Positions 44,956 through 60,330 of a stretch of 64,000 nucleotides of DNA are shown here, piece after piece. Below the pieces are notes generated by a model. The model ran no database searches and had not been told where the DNA came from. It saw nothing but the letters and a program-made list of their open reading frames with translations. The stretch's first letter is position 1. Every line of letters starts with the position of its first letter. The stretch comes from the human T2T-CHM13v2.0 reference genome, Homo sapiens. The translations under genes were made by a program, and so were the position numbers. The stretch lies in NCBI RefSeq assembly GCF_009914755.1, contig NC_060947.1; one strand, 5' to 3'.

Positions 44956-44987
<32 letters not shown>

Positions 44988-45021
44988 TTCCTTTCTTTCT
45001 TTGTTTCTTTCCTTCCTCTTC

Positions 45022-45030
<9 letters not shown>
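44897..45030. repeat. Polypyrimidine (CT/CTTT/CCCT)n tract
   Basis: About 130 bp of nearly pure C/T, contiguous with an Alu tail. Confidence 0.95.
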
Positions 45031-45131
<101 letters not shown>

Positions 45132-45748
45132 TAAAAATGACTTCTTCACAGATTTATATAAATAATATTTTAACTAAGTAATTCATTTTGAAATGTTTAT
45201 AGAATGCCATTTACAGATAAGGTAGAAATAGAGTCCTTCCTAAAAGTCTGTTTTAGATAATTAATCACTAAAATTATAATTGGAGTTGTCATAATCAATT
45301 ATGTAGCATTGTTTCAATGATGTTAACATTGCTCTTTTTCACTGGATAAATTGTTATGTGGCATGTCATCATTCTAATATTCAGTTTACATGACACTTCT
45401 TCTTTAACTCTCCTCTGCAGATATTCAATCTAGAGTTTGTGGCACAGTATACATAATTTTTGGCAGATGATAGCTAAGTGCATTGTATAAAAGATACATT
45501 ATTTACCAGATCAAAGGTCAATGTGTTCATAATTTAATATGCCGAGGGTCATACAGTCCAGAAATGTCTGTGAATTTCTGAAGTGACACACATTTTTGAT
45601 AGAAAACTGCCATTTTGTAATGGATAGCACATCAATTGGATAGCCCAGCATTCTTTTCAGATTTACATGTCAAGTTCATCAGTGAGGCCCTACATAAATC
45701 TACTCTAGGATTAATTTCCAGATTTCATCTTTAACTGTATCACAATTC

Positions 45749-46025
<277 letters not shown>

Positions 46026-46755
46026 CTTTTCTTCTTAAATAAGTCTTTCTCAAGGAAATTTTCACAATATTGCTCTTGGGACTCAATGTCCTTATGTGGT
46101 AGGACACTACGTTTTCTGAAAAATTGCTTATTAATCTGGTATATGTGAACTATGCAAATTATGTTTTCTATTTTAGTCTTTAGATGCAGTAGTTTTACTA
46201 TTTTAGTTTTCTCAGATATATTCACAGCAAAAGTACTATCATTGTAGAGTAGTTTCACTTAGCAGTGAAAGTAACTCTGCTATGATGTGGACACTGCTTC
46301 TCATTTTTCTTAATAAATATTATGTTTGTTATTTTTATAAAATTTGTTCATTAGATATGGAGTTTTATTCCAATTTAATGATGATAGATGGGTTTTATTT
46401 TTATTTAATTTTACTGTTGTGTTCTATGAAAGTATCTTCTTTAAAATATTGTGTAAAGATGTCTTAATTTTACTAAAACGATAGTAATAATAATATAGAT
46501 GATACTACTACTAATAAAACTACTATTTTCTGAATATGTACAATTGCCAAGCATGATTTATGATTTACATAGGATGCCAAATTTCCATTATATATCTTCA
46601 AATTTATATGTTCATTGGTTTGTTCATCTATGCCACAAATGTTAATGGAGTACCTACTAAGTGCCAACAACTATGCCATCAACCATGAATCAGTCACTTA
46701 ACAAGATAGATATAATCCCTTCCTTCAGAAAGCTTGTAGTCTGGGAGAAAATTTA

Positions 46756-47133
<378 letters not shown>

Positions 47134-47424
47134 CTATGAGTATACAGCAGGGATACATGGCCTGGGAGGAAAAAGGGCTGACCATCCATTGAAAGGTTTA
47201 ATTAGGTCAGTGAAGTTGCTCAAGTACAGCTATAAAATGAGGCAATCAATTACTGGTGATGCAGGAGAGAAAGTGATGTATGGAGAACTTTCTGAACTAT
47301 AGTAAGAAATGTAATCTGTATTCTAAGGGCATACTTAATTACTGAAATAGTGTATTCAAAATAGGTATCATAATCAAGGAAACAATCTTAAATCATCATG
47401 TTCCAATTGCTTGATGATTATTGA

Positions 47425-47475
47425 AGCTAACGTATTAGGAATAGATGTATTAGCTAATGTATTAGGAATAGATGT
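47425..47475. repeat. 27-bp-period tandem duplication
   Basis: AGCTAA(C/T)GTATTAGGAATAGATGT x2. Confidence 0.93.
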
Positions 47476-47721
47476 TTCCTACTGCTGAGTTGAAATAACG
47501 AACCCACTTGAACTTTCGCAGACACCTCTAGGTTTACCTTTTATTTAATAAGTAAATAAAAATGTTCATGTTTTCTATAATACTTTGCATCAGCTTTCCC
47601 TTAATCTTGGAAACATTTATTTGACTGAAGAAATTAAGCACTCTCACCTGCATAAAATATTCTTCTGTATGCTATAGTGGAGCCAGTTGTAAAGATTTAG
47701 TTCAGTTAATAAATATCTGTT

Positions 47722-48403
47722 GAGATGCTGGCAAGGCTGTGGAGAAATAACAACGCTTTTACACTGTTGGTGGGAGTGTAAATTAGTTCAACCATTGTGG
47801 AAGACAGTGTGGCGATTCCTTAAGGATCTAGAACCAGAAATACCATTTGACACAGCAATCCCATTACTGGGTATATACCCAAAGGATTATAAATCATTCT
47901 ACTATAAAGACACATGCACATGTATGTGTATTGCAGCACTATTCACAATAGCAAAGACTTGGAACTAACCCAAATATGCATCAATGATAGACTGGATAAA
48001 GAAAATGTGGCACATATACACTATGGAATACTATGCAGCCATAAAAAAGAATGAGTTCATGTCCTTTGCAGGGAAATGGATGAAGCTGGAAGCCATCATC
48101 CTTAGCAAACTAACACAGGAGCAGAAAACCAAACACCACATGTTCTCACTCATAAGTGGGAGTTGAACAATGAGAACACATGGACACAGGGAGGGGAACA
48201 TCACACACGGGGGCCTGTCTGGGGTTAGGAGACAAGGGGAGGGAGAGCATTAGGACAAATAGCTAATGCATGTGGGCTTAAAACCTAGATGATGGGTTGA
48301 TAGGTGCAGCATACCACCATGTCACATGTATACCTATGTAACAAACCTGCACGTTCTGCACATGTATCCCAGAACTTCAAGTAAAATAATAAATAAATAA
48401 ATA
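47722..48403 (+). mobile_element. 5'-truncated primate L1PA (L1PA7/8-like): ORF2 C-terminus plus 3' UTR
   Basis: ORFs RCWQGCGE..HCWWECKLVQPLWK and WIKKMWHIYTMEYYAAIKK are the L1 ORF2p C-terminus with an in-frame stop; (TAAA)n tail; 14-bp TSD AATAAATATCTGTT at 47708 and 48404. Confidence 0.97.
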
Positions 48404-48806
48404 AATAAATATCTGTTTAATTTCTGCAGAAGACCATAAATATACTTGGTGTGTCAGGCAGTGATCTGTAAGTATTTTTGTTCATGCAATCACACCAATC
48501 AAAATTTTGAGCAAATACCCCAATATGTGTATATTTTTCTAATAACAAATAATACATATATTACTATATTAATATATAGTATACATTAATACCTAAATAA
48601 AATAGAGAATTGAAATAATGGAATACAAATAAATTTTTAAACAGCTGTAAATATTTTTCTCATGGCTCAATCGAGGAAATCTTAAATATCGCCCAGGGAG
48701 TAGGAGCTTATTTTGCATACCATCACAATGGGGAAAAGAAAAATGAATACACTGTTATGTCTACCTTCAAGGAGGCAGCAATATGGTAATAGAAAAGTTC
48801 ACAGGG

Positions 48807-49118
<312 letters not shown>

Positions 49119-49279
49119 TCACTAAAGCTAAATGCTGTGCCCTGTGGTATTAGAAGTTAGAGCTGTTGTGGTTCAAAGTCAGGAAGATATTTTCAGGGCA
49201 AATTTACTTGTAAGTTGGGGCCAAAGAAAGGAAGGTAATAGGGAACAAAGGCTGGAAATACAGCATGATGGTTCTTTAG

Positions 49280-49415
49280 AGCAATGCTTCTCCCAGTGTA
49301 ATGTGTCTTTGAATCAGCTAGAAATCTGAGCTGCGGCCTGGGAGTCTGCATTTCTAACAAGCTCCTAGGTGCTGCTAATGTTGCTGGTATACAGACCACA
49401 CTTTCAGTGTCAAGG
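49280..49415. mobile_element. MER5A fragment
   Basis: ctgcatttctaacaagctcctaggtgctgctaatgttgctggtatacagaccacacttt. Confidence 0.75.
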
Positions 49416-50199
49416 CTTTAAAGGACTTTCTCATCTAAAATGAGGAGTTTGTGCTTAAATTGATAGGCAGTAGGCAATTTGGAAAGGTGTTCCAGCTCAG
49501 AGCAACATGATCAAGTTGAACTCTAGGCAAAGTAATTTAGCAGTAATTTATAGATTGGAGGCCAAGACTGGAGGCAGAGAGATAAGTCTAGAGGCAATTA
49601 CAGGTGAGAGGTAATAAGACCTCTGAAGTAGGACATGGCAGTAGACACAGAAAAGGGACATGGTAGAAGCAGAATCAACCTGAGAAGAGAGATAACAAAG
49701 GAACACAGGTATAATATATAGAACAAATTAAAACGAAGACTAGAGAAACTAATGAGAAATGTGTCCTTTACTGTTCATCTAGTAATTTGGAAATTTGAAT
49801 TTTCATATATTTAAATACATATGCATAAATGATATTTTCAGCTAACCACCAGAAAATTTCTGGTAGAAAATATCACAAAATAAAACTGGCTTTGAATATG
49901 TTTGTCTTTTTCCTTGATCCTTATTTCCAGAAAGAAATACATGTCCTGGAAGTATATGTCCATAGAGGTCCAATAAATCTCAATGATTGTAAATAGAGCT
50001 TTATTCATATTGAGCAAATGTTTCCTGTTCACCTGCCTCTAGGTGAAAAACATAAATGTCTGTATACAAATCTCTGAAATGTTTGAAGCATAAGGAAGCT
50101 GAAAGTGGCAAGGAGACATGTATTTTCATTATAGGCTCTGAATATCCATAGCTGTTTTCTGCTATTTAGCCACTTCTTCCTTTGTGACCTGACTTTGTA

Positions 50200-50470
50200 C
50201 GGCACACATTATCAATCAGGAAGACCATTATGTTCCTTTTACTTGTACTTGTCAATGTCTGGCTTCTCCTACTGCAAGATAAGCTCCTTGAGAGCCAAGA
50301 CTGTGTACTATTCATTTTGTATCCCCAGATCCCAGTGCAGATGCTGAATAATTGACTTATAAATAAATGTGTAAATGATCCCAGAACCAAGCACAGATAT
50401 GAACACAAAAAAAATTCCTTTGGAGTGAACGAATGAATTAATAAGTAGGCAAGTGAAAGAATGAATGTTG
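50200..50470 (+). mobile_element. L2 3' end remnant(s)
   Basis: actgcaagataagctccttgagagccaagactgtgtactattcattttgtatccccag; gaatgaat tails. Confidence 0.7.
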
Positions 50471-50812
50471 ACTTAGCCCTTAGAATGGCCATTGACAGGT
50501 TCTGTTTTTTTATTACTAGATAAGCACCAACCTTATTCTACTCAAAGTATGTGATCAATATTTCACTCATTCATGTCCACATACTATAAGAAGCCTTCAC
50601 ATTATATAGTGACTTTGAAATCAAAGTCTAAGTCTAAATTTTATTATAGGAGAAAAATGTGTGTGCTGTGCATTGTGGTTTAGTATAAATATAAGTCAGA
50701 TTCCTTGACATCAAATCAGTTCACCATTTTTTCACTCACAGACTTTTTCGTCATCCTTTTAAGCCTCCCATTTTTTCTTTTTTAAAAAAATGATTTCATT
50801 ATACTCCATTAT

Positions 50813-50851
50813 TGTGTATGTGTGTGTGTATGTGTATCTGTGTATGTGTGT
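50813..50851. repeat. Imperfect (TG)n tract
   Basis: tgtgtatgtgtgtgtgtatgtgtatctgtgtatgtgtgt. Confidence 0.9.
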
Positions 50852-51048
50852 CTAAGTCAAAAACTAACCTCTTCTATGGGTATTTTGTTACTATCCTCTG
50901 TAATATAATGTGGGAATCTTTGTCCGTGAGCATAAACAGGGTGAGTGCAGGAATCTAGCCATCAGTTCTTTCTGTACTATGCATGCACAGCGTCTAACTT
51001 GTGCTTGTAATTTGTGATTACGTCTTCAGGATACATAGTTTTAAACTA

Positions 51049-51368
<320 letters not shown>

Positions 51369-52429
51369 TTAAACTAACAGCTAACTCACAGTCTTCTGCT
51401 AAAAAAGTGTCATACATTCAGATTGTTTACTCTATCAGGTTAGTTACTCATGCTGCTATACTGTTTCCAAACTCTTAGGATTCTAGCACATTGTTTTAGT
51501 TTAATTTTCACTGTTCCTTTAAATGTTTATTTAATTCATTTTCTAAAATCACAGATATGAGCAGAGCCTTGGAGACCATCTAGTAGAATCCTTCCGTGGA
51601 ATAGATATTAAAATAAAAACTCATATTGGTTAAGTTACTTTACAAAGGACATATAGCTGGTTATTGAAAAAAGTGGAGTAAAAATGAAAATCTCCCAAAT
51701 CCCTAGGACAGTGATTTCTCTTACGCTGTGCTATATCACTAAAAGATTTTATAGTTTCCCTTTGGCCATCAGAGAAGCTATGTTTAATGTCAAGCCTGAT
51801 TCATAGTTAACATCATATCTTTTGGGAGCCTAGATATGATAAAAGCAAAAGAGCTACAGGCATTTTGAAGAAGCACTTCCTACACACTACTATATACCTT
51901 GAATTTGTACTGGAATTGTTTGATACCCTCTCAGTTTATTGATACTCCAAAAGACCGAATTTCTAGGTTTGTTTTCTAAGCTTTGTCAATAAGGGTAGTA
52001 TTTAGTCATGCAACACTTTAGCTCAAAATATTATCATTACACATTGTCTATATGTAAAAATAACTTTGCATATGCATATAGATTTTCCAGTTCCATTCAG
52101 CATGAGGCATCAACTCTTTGTAGTCTTTTTTATATAAACACACAAAAATTAGTTTATGACTTGTGCTATCATGTGTTCATGCTGGAAGACGGTCAGATGT
52201 ATGTAGAATATAGCTTCTGTTAGTGCTCATAGTCTGGTGGTTCACAGGAAAATGAAGAATAACACAAGGAAGTGCATGTAATTATTTTAATAACTTCATT
52301 CTTGCAAATAACAGAATGAATGAAACAATGTTTTGCACAACCTATTTTATTTGATTTTCAAAGGAAGTCATCATGCAATAGTCCATTGACTTTAATTCTA
52401 CCTGCTTACTGTCATAAAGTAATCTTCAT

Positions 52430-53185
52430 GGCTTGAACAATCCAGAGCCTGTGAAATCTCCCTTGAATCTCTGCATCTCTCCATTTCCAACACCATCAGC
52501 CTACTCGAAGTGACAATCTTCTGAACAATTGAAACTGCATTCACTCTTGCCTGGTTTGTTTACTCATCATTCAGGCCTATTTTTTAATGTGTAAAATTTT
52601 AAATTTTTTGTTTAAAAATGCAAGTATGATCAAGCTGCTCTCTGACTTAAAACCATTTGGTAACTTCCTGTTGGTCTTAATAACTTCCCATTGCTCCCAA
52701 ATCCTTAATGAGACCAACATATTTTGCTTACTTTTTTCTCTTTCTCCTCCTATCTTCACCCCATTCCTCTCATCTTACTCTCTCAGCTTCTCTCACCATG
52801 AAAGTGCATGCCTTGACTTTTTCATCCCAGGGCCTTTGCACATGCTGCTTACTCCATTTGCAAAGTATTGTCTGTCAAATGACTTGCACCACTTCAGCCA
52901 ATTATCTCCTTTTCATGCGTGAATTTCCAGATTCAATGTCACTTCCTTAGGAAAGCTTTTTCTTCAAAGACTGGGTTAGAATTCCCTGTCACATACCTTC
53001 TAACACCTAACACCGTGCAGTCCTGCTTCACAGCAATAATCATAGATATAATGTGGAATTTATTGATTTTGTTGAATTTATTGTTAAATTTTATGCTAAA
53101 TAAGGCCGTATGTTCTTTGTTCACTTCCTCCATGAGAACCTTGCATCTTGTTTTGAACACGGTGAATTCTCAGTAAGTATTTCCT
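52430..53185 (+). mobile_element. L2 fragment
   Basis: cagggcctttgcacatgctg...aatgtcacttccttaggaaagc...ctcagtaagtattt. Confidence 0.7.
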
Positions 53186-53291
53186 ATCATTTCAAATTTT
53201 TTGTGCCTATTTTATTTTTTACATAATATATTGGTAGAATATTACAGGTATATAATTTATATAGTGATAAATGTAGAGAGAGAATATGTAC

Positions 53292-53388
53292 TCCCTTCCC
53301 ATTCCGCTTCCCCTTCCCCTTCCCTTCCCTTCTTCCTTTCCTTCCCTCCCTCCTTTCCTCACTTCCTCCTTTCCTTCTTATTTTTTTC
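53292..53388. repeat. CT-rich low-complexity tract
   Basis: (CCCTT/CCTT)n directly visible. Confidence 0.85.
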
Positions 53389-54049
53389 TGTAACCTAATA
53401 ATATTGTATAATCAAAAAGTCTGGAGACTTCTGCTTGTTTTTTACTTAATACGTATTTTCCTTCTATTTAATAAAAGGAGACTGGCCTGTCTTTTAAATT
53501 GCATTTTATGGCCTAAATTTCTACTATATGATTCAAAAATTGCTCTGCCATAGTTTGTGAGAAGACACTATGTTATTTTACTTCCTAAAGAAAGGGTAGT
53601 GAACAAAATAATAAAAGCTTTATATTAAAGACAATAAAGTTGATAGTGTTGTGAAATCATGTTACTCTTATTTTCGGTCTGTTTTCTTTCCAGATCTCTT
53701 TCCTGATCTATGGTATATATGCCAGAAGCCATAAATACTTAATACAGGGTGAATAAAAGACATTTTAAATTAAGCATGCCCCCCCACCAACATTATCAAG
53801 AGTAAAATGAAATAGACCAATAAATCGGCTTACTTACTGGCCAACACCTAAATTGATTATTAGATGTAATGGTACAAATTTGTATAAATATCACACTTCC
53901 CTCTAATCTTTTTAAATGAAATATGCAGGAAGGATTGTCAAATGGAAGTACTATACTAAAAAGCGATTATCACCATGGTAATGTTGGCTTGCTTTTCTGT
54001 TCCTTTTAATTTGGTTACCCTCTTTATTGTTAAATTTTTTAAAAAGTTT

Positions 54050-55386
54050 TCTACTTTTACATTTTTTATTTATACTTAACACATAATAATTTAAATATTG
54101 GGGTACAATATGATGTTTCAGTGCATGTATACATAGTATGAGGATAAAATCAGGGTAATTATATACACCAATTTAGACATTTATCATTTCTTTTTGGTGA
54201 CAGCATTCAAAATCTTCACTTCTATCTGTCTTGAAATATATATTACATTGTTATTTGCTATAGTCACCCTAGTGTGTAATAGAATAGCAAAACTTATTCT
54301 TTCCTGTCTAACTAATTTTGTACCAATTGACTAATAACCTTTCCCAAGATCCCCCTCCCACATACCCTCACCAATGTTTGCTAACTACTATTCTACTCTC
54401 TACTTATATAAAATCAACTTTTTTAGGTTCCACATAGGAGTGAGATCATGCAGTGTTTTTCTTTCTGAACCTGGCTTATTTCATTTAACATAATATCCTC
54501 CAGGTTCATCCATGTTGTTGAAATAACAAGATTTCATTCTGTTTTATGGCTGAATAGTATTCAATTGTATATATATATATATATATACACACACAATTGT
54601 ATATATATATTCATATATACAATTGTATATTTATATTCATATATATACATCTATTGTATATGTATTGTATATGTATTGTATATATATTGTATATATATTC
54701 ATATATACAATTGTATATATATATTCATATGTACAATTGTATATATATATTCATATGTACAATTGTATATATATATTCATATGTACAATTGTATATGTAT
54801 ATTCATATGTACAATTGTATATGTATATTCATATGTACAATTGTATATATATATTCATATGTACAATTGTATATGTATATTCATATGTACAATTGTATAT
54901 ATATATTCATATGTACAATTGTATATATATATTCATATGTACAATTGTATATGTATATTCATATGTACAATTGTATATGTATATTCATATGTACAATTGT
55001 ATATATATTCATATGTACAATTGTATATATATATTCATATGTACAATTGTATATATATTCATATGTACAATTGTATATATATTTTCATATATATGAATAT
55101 ATATGATAAATGTGATATATTAATAAATGTGATATATATCACATTTTCTTCATTTGTAAATGGGCATTTATGTTGATTCTATATCTTGGCTACTGTGAAT
55201 AGTGCTGCAATAAACATGGGTGTGCATATGTCTCTTTGACATACTGATTTCATTTCCTTTGGATATATATCTAGTAATGGGATTGCTGGATCATATGGAA
55301 GTTCTATTTTTATTTTTTTGAGGAAACTCCATACTGTTTTCCATAATGGCTATTCTAATTTACATTCCCACCAACAATATATAAGG
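54050..55386 (-). mobile_element. L1MA-type 3' end carrying an internal minisatellite
   Basis: gagtgagatcatgcagtg...ctggcttatttcatttaacataat...; resumes after the repeat with ttggctactgtgaatagtgctgcaataaacatggg...tttacattcccaccaaca. Confidence 0.92.
54562..55100. repeat. AT-rich 26-bp minisatellite (CAATTGTATATRTATATTCATATGTA)n
   Basis: CAATTG recurs every 26 bp from 54708 to 54994, then at 24/26/24 spacing to 55068 (15 consecutive units), with degenerate units from 54562. Confidence 0.98.
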
Positions 55387-56998
55387 TAAATTCTTTAGGC
55401 ATTGCCTTAACCTATACAGTCACTGCCTCACTATAGAAGTTATTTTACTCTGATTTTGTGGCATCATTGTGTTTTAAACAAAAAGTGTCATCTATTATGA
55501 TAATATTATGGCAGCTGTATTTATTTTCCTGCTTTCTGTAAATTAGGGTCTCAAGACTTCCTTAAGTACAATTATAGCCAAAATCTCATATGAAAAAAAT
55601 GACAGAAACATGCATCAGATAAAAAAATATAAAAATCTTCAGTGACTCCAAAAATATATGGTCATTTAGTTTTAAAAGCAATTTCAAACTACCTGGTAGG
55701 ATCTAATTTAATGATTCTTACCATGATTTCTTAAAGAGTATTCATCGTTGCCTCCCCTTAACTTTTAATGAAAATAACTACCAAATCTCTTTGTTATTTG
55801 GAAACTAAATAAATAAACTGGATCATTAACCTGAAAATGTTATCAGTGGTCCCAAAGTTTCACTAATGGAATTTTACATATTTAAATTAAGCAATAAAGG
55901 ATAAGAAAATATGTAATAAAATAATTAGATTTAATATCTATATGTGGTTCATGGAAAAATCAAATGTTACTTTGAAACTTTGTCCCTATAATAATATTTA
56001 ATTATAAAATACACAATAGAAATTACTCTTGAGAATAATTTTTATGTACCTGATTGCATTTCAATCCACATTTCCCATGGAACCTGAAGCAAATACCTTA
56101 CAAAAAAGTAAAAATTCTATAAGGAATGTACTAAATTTGTACCCCAGCATTAGTGATAGAATAGATGTCTACACAGATTACAAATAAGTCAACAAGTTAT
56201 TTGATAATGCCAATTCTTAGATGAAACTAAAACCTTTTACATTATCTATATTGTTCCCTTTTATATCAACAATGATCTTTTTCCTTTACCTAGTCAAGTT
56301 GCTAGAGAATTCCCCTTTCAATTCATGTAGAAATCACTTTCTTTATAAATCTGTGCCCATCTGAAAACAGCCAATACTTCTTGGATTTTTCTTTATTCAT
56401 TCTTCACATGACTTTCTTTATCTGAAGGAAAAATAGTAGATATAACCTATGAATCTTATTATTCATCAAAAAGACAGAGAATGAACATGTCTTTAGGGAT
56501 TACTATGAAAATTTGACAAAAACTATATATGAAGATGAAGGCGAGTATTTGAGATGACTTGCAACCTGTTTTTCTGTTTCTCTTTCTTAGTTTAGAAATT
56601 CAATATAACTATGATTTCAGATAATACAAACCTTGTCAGTTTTGTTTTATGAATAGGTTGGATGTCTCCTTTACTAGAAAAATGGGAAATATGTTTAGTG
56701 AATATTCAACGTATATGTAGAAGTGATTAGTATATTATTTATTGCAATTTGAGAAACCAAATTGAAAAGTCACCATAAATTATGAAGAAAAATGCATAAC
56801 ATTCCAACCCCTCGATAAAATTTCTTTGAAGTTAATATGACCATATAATAACTTTTGGTGTTAGAAATATATATTTTATTTTTACTTGAACTCCGATAAC
56901 TTCAGCAAAATGCTGTTAAAAGTATTCTGTGCCTCCCTCCATTATTGTATTAGATGTTTTAAGAACATAACAATGTGGTGATTATTAAGAGTGAATAA

Positions 56999-57625
<627 letters not shown>

Positions 57626-58379
57626 CTATTGTCTCTATGTGAGTATGATTAAATGTAAAAAAGTAACATTTTATAAGGCAAAAGATATTTCTCAAAACAG
57701 GCTGAAGATAAAGATTATAGCTATAGAATTATCAAGAATTATGAAATATATAAATAGAAGTAAAGTTAGTTAACATTTGGGAGATACAGTGTTCAATCAG
57801 TAATTTATTAGGCATGCAAAATTAAGGCTGTAGACATAGAAAAATAATTATCTGAGAGCAAAACTAAATATCATGTCTATGTTTCTAAATGTCAGTACAA
57901 ATAGCAAATGGAGGGAAAGAAAAAAAAAAGGAACATTTTGCTTTCAGCATAACACTCCATGCATTTGAATGTTTATTGTGGTTTTTTAATGGGTAAAATA
58001 GGGCTTCTTAACTGAGAGAATGAATTTGTGTTCAAATAGTGGTTTTCAATTTGTTCTAAGCTTCTTACCAAATTGAAAATAATGACCCATTTTGCCAATA
58101 ATAACCTCAAGATGTCTTTAATAACCCAAGGTATTTTGAACCATTAAACTGGCTTGACCAAATTCTGCTTAGTAGCACACATGCAGTTTCTTTCAGCATC
58201 AAGAAAATTACTACATTTTTCTTTTCAAAAGGTTAAGTTAGCTGTGAACTGAAGTTTTTCTAATTTAAAGGTTTTTTAATACTCTATAGGTATAGCTAAA
58301 TCTCAGTAATTGAATTTGTTCGTGAAAGCAATTGTATGATCCTAGAATACATATGTGGTTTTCAGTTCATTGCTTATGG

Positions 58380-58725
58380 CATTGGTTCTCAACGTGTGGT
58401 TCCTTGAACACTAGTAGCATCACCCAGGAACCTAGAGATGCAAATTTCTGGTCCCTGTTCAAGACATAGTGAATCAGAAACTCAGGAGTTGGAGCCCAGC
58501 AACCTATTTTTTTAAATCAATTTTATTGTATATATTTGAGGCTTACAACGTAATGTTTTGGGTTACATATAGACAGTTACTCTAGTGAAGCAAATTAGGA
58601 AAGCTATTGTCTTGGTGTAGCTTGTCTATATGTGACAAGAACCACAAAAATCTACTTACTTAACAAAAATTGCTAATACAATACAATTAACATGCCCTCC
58701 AGGTGATTCTAATGCATTCTGAAAA
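58380..58725. mobile_element. MER5A interrupted by an L1MA 3' fragment
   Basis: ggttctcaacgtgtggttcc...gaatcagaaactc...gcccagcaacct, resuming at aacatgccctccaggtgattctaatgca. Confidence 0.8.
58506..58688 (-). mobile_element. Short L1MA-type 3' terminal fragment
   Basis: aattttattgtatatatttgaggcttacaac...aaaatctacttacttaacaaa...aatacaatacaat. Confidence 0.7.
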
Positions 58726-59141
58726 TCTATCAAGTCCATATCTGGCATTTAATACCATACATTAGTGTTTGCAGCAGGGAAGCAAAAGTTTTGAGGAGAG
58801 AGCCCTCATCAGATAGGTCTAATGAAGTTTAATGAGTCTTGTGTGATTAAACATTGACAAGCCGGAAGACTTTGGGGAATCATAATAAGAATCATTCGAG
58901 TCATGAGAGTCTCATTGGATAACTTTCTTCAGCAATTCATTAAACATTGGAGAATCAGGATGGGAAGAGGAGGCACTGAAAGAAAAACTGGTGAATTTGG
59001 CATGGGATCATTTATCTGACCACAAGCTGAGCAGGGAGACTGTTGTCTTTTCATGGATGTCATGTCTCTTACAGAACAGAGAGGTCTTGGACTTGCTGTT
59101 AAACCCACCCAAGGCAACCAAATTATGGTTGTTTTTATTCC

Positions 59142-59280
59142 AGTAAAGTGGTGGTTCTCAGATCCCAGTGTACTTGATAATCCCCTGCGTAATTATTTTG
59201 AATACGTATGCCTGAGTCACTTCCTGAGAGATTGTGATTTAGGAGGTCCAAGGAACATACTTACAAAACAGTGCTAATGG
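59142..59280. mobile_element. MER5B-like remnant
   Basis: agtggtggttctcag...gataatcccctg...agagattgtgattta. Confidence 0.45.
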
Positions 59281-59981
59281 ATTGTAGGTAGGCGGATGAT
59301 TTTATTCAGATGCCTTGTACAAAATCAGTATTATTTTTGGATTGAAAAACAGCTAATAAAAAAATAAACACTTAAATAAAGTATTATCAAGAAAGCTGTT
59401 TTAGGAATCTCCACATATGGGAAATACTTTTTGGTGCAATTTCTAGTATCACTGATTTAATAAACTAAAAATAATATCAGATAATTGTTTATATTGTTAA
59501 TGACAATGAATAGATAGCTACTCTATGGTTTACTAGTGTTCTGCATTATGAAAGGAACAGAAAATTCATACCTTTGTGGTCCAGCAGCTACTCTAAGTAA
59601 AGTCTCATTTTGACTGTTCTGTAAGTACTTTCCTTATCATTGCTAATGGTGATTACAGGGCCACTCTATTATTGTAAGTTAGCTCAAGCAACCTGGAAGC
59701 TGAGGCTACTTCAATGATCATTTACAAGTTATAAGAGGAAATTGGTTGTGAAGAGATATCCCGCAAATTCAGAATTAGCATGGCATATGCTACTTCCATA
59801 GAGTAAGAGGAAACCTAAAAGGTAAAATGTAGAAGACGCAGATAGGGAAAAGCAAAAATAAAGCATAAAAGAATATGAAACTGTCTGGATGATATGTGTG
59901 AAACTTTGCCAAAAGATGACTCAAAAATCTTCAATATAAGCCGCATAATGCTTCCATATATGTATTAAAAGGTCAACATAA

Positions 59982-60330
<349 letters not shown>

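Noticed and set aside
47720-48166. ORFs of 82 and 60 aa with realistic protein composition
   Set aside because: They are the L1 ORF2p C-terminus of a 5'-truncated L1PA, broken by a stop codon; not a host gene
54708-55090. CRISPR-like look of the palindromic repeat array
   Set aside because: Units are head-to-tail with no unique spacers, there are no cas genes, and the context is primate genomic DNA
54565-55176. Longest ORFs in the track (203, 169 and 157 aa; Y/I/C-rich)
   Set aside because: All three plus frames are open only because the 26-bp repeat unit lacks TAA/TAG/TGA on that strand; the translation is periodic low-complexity sequence inside an L1
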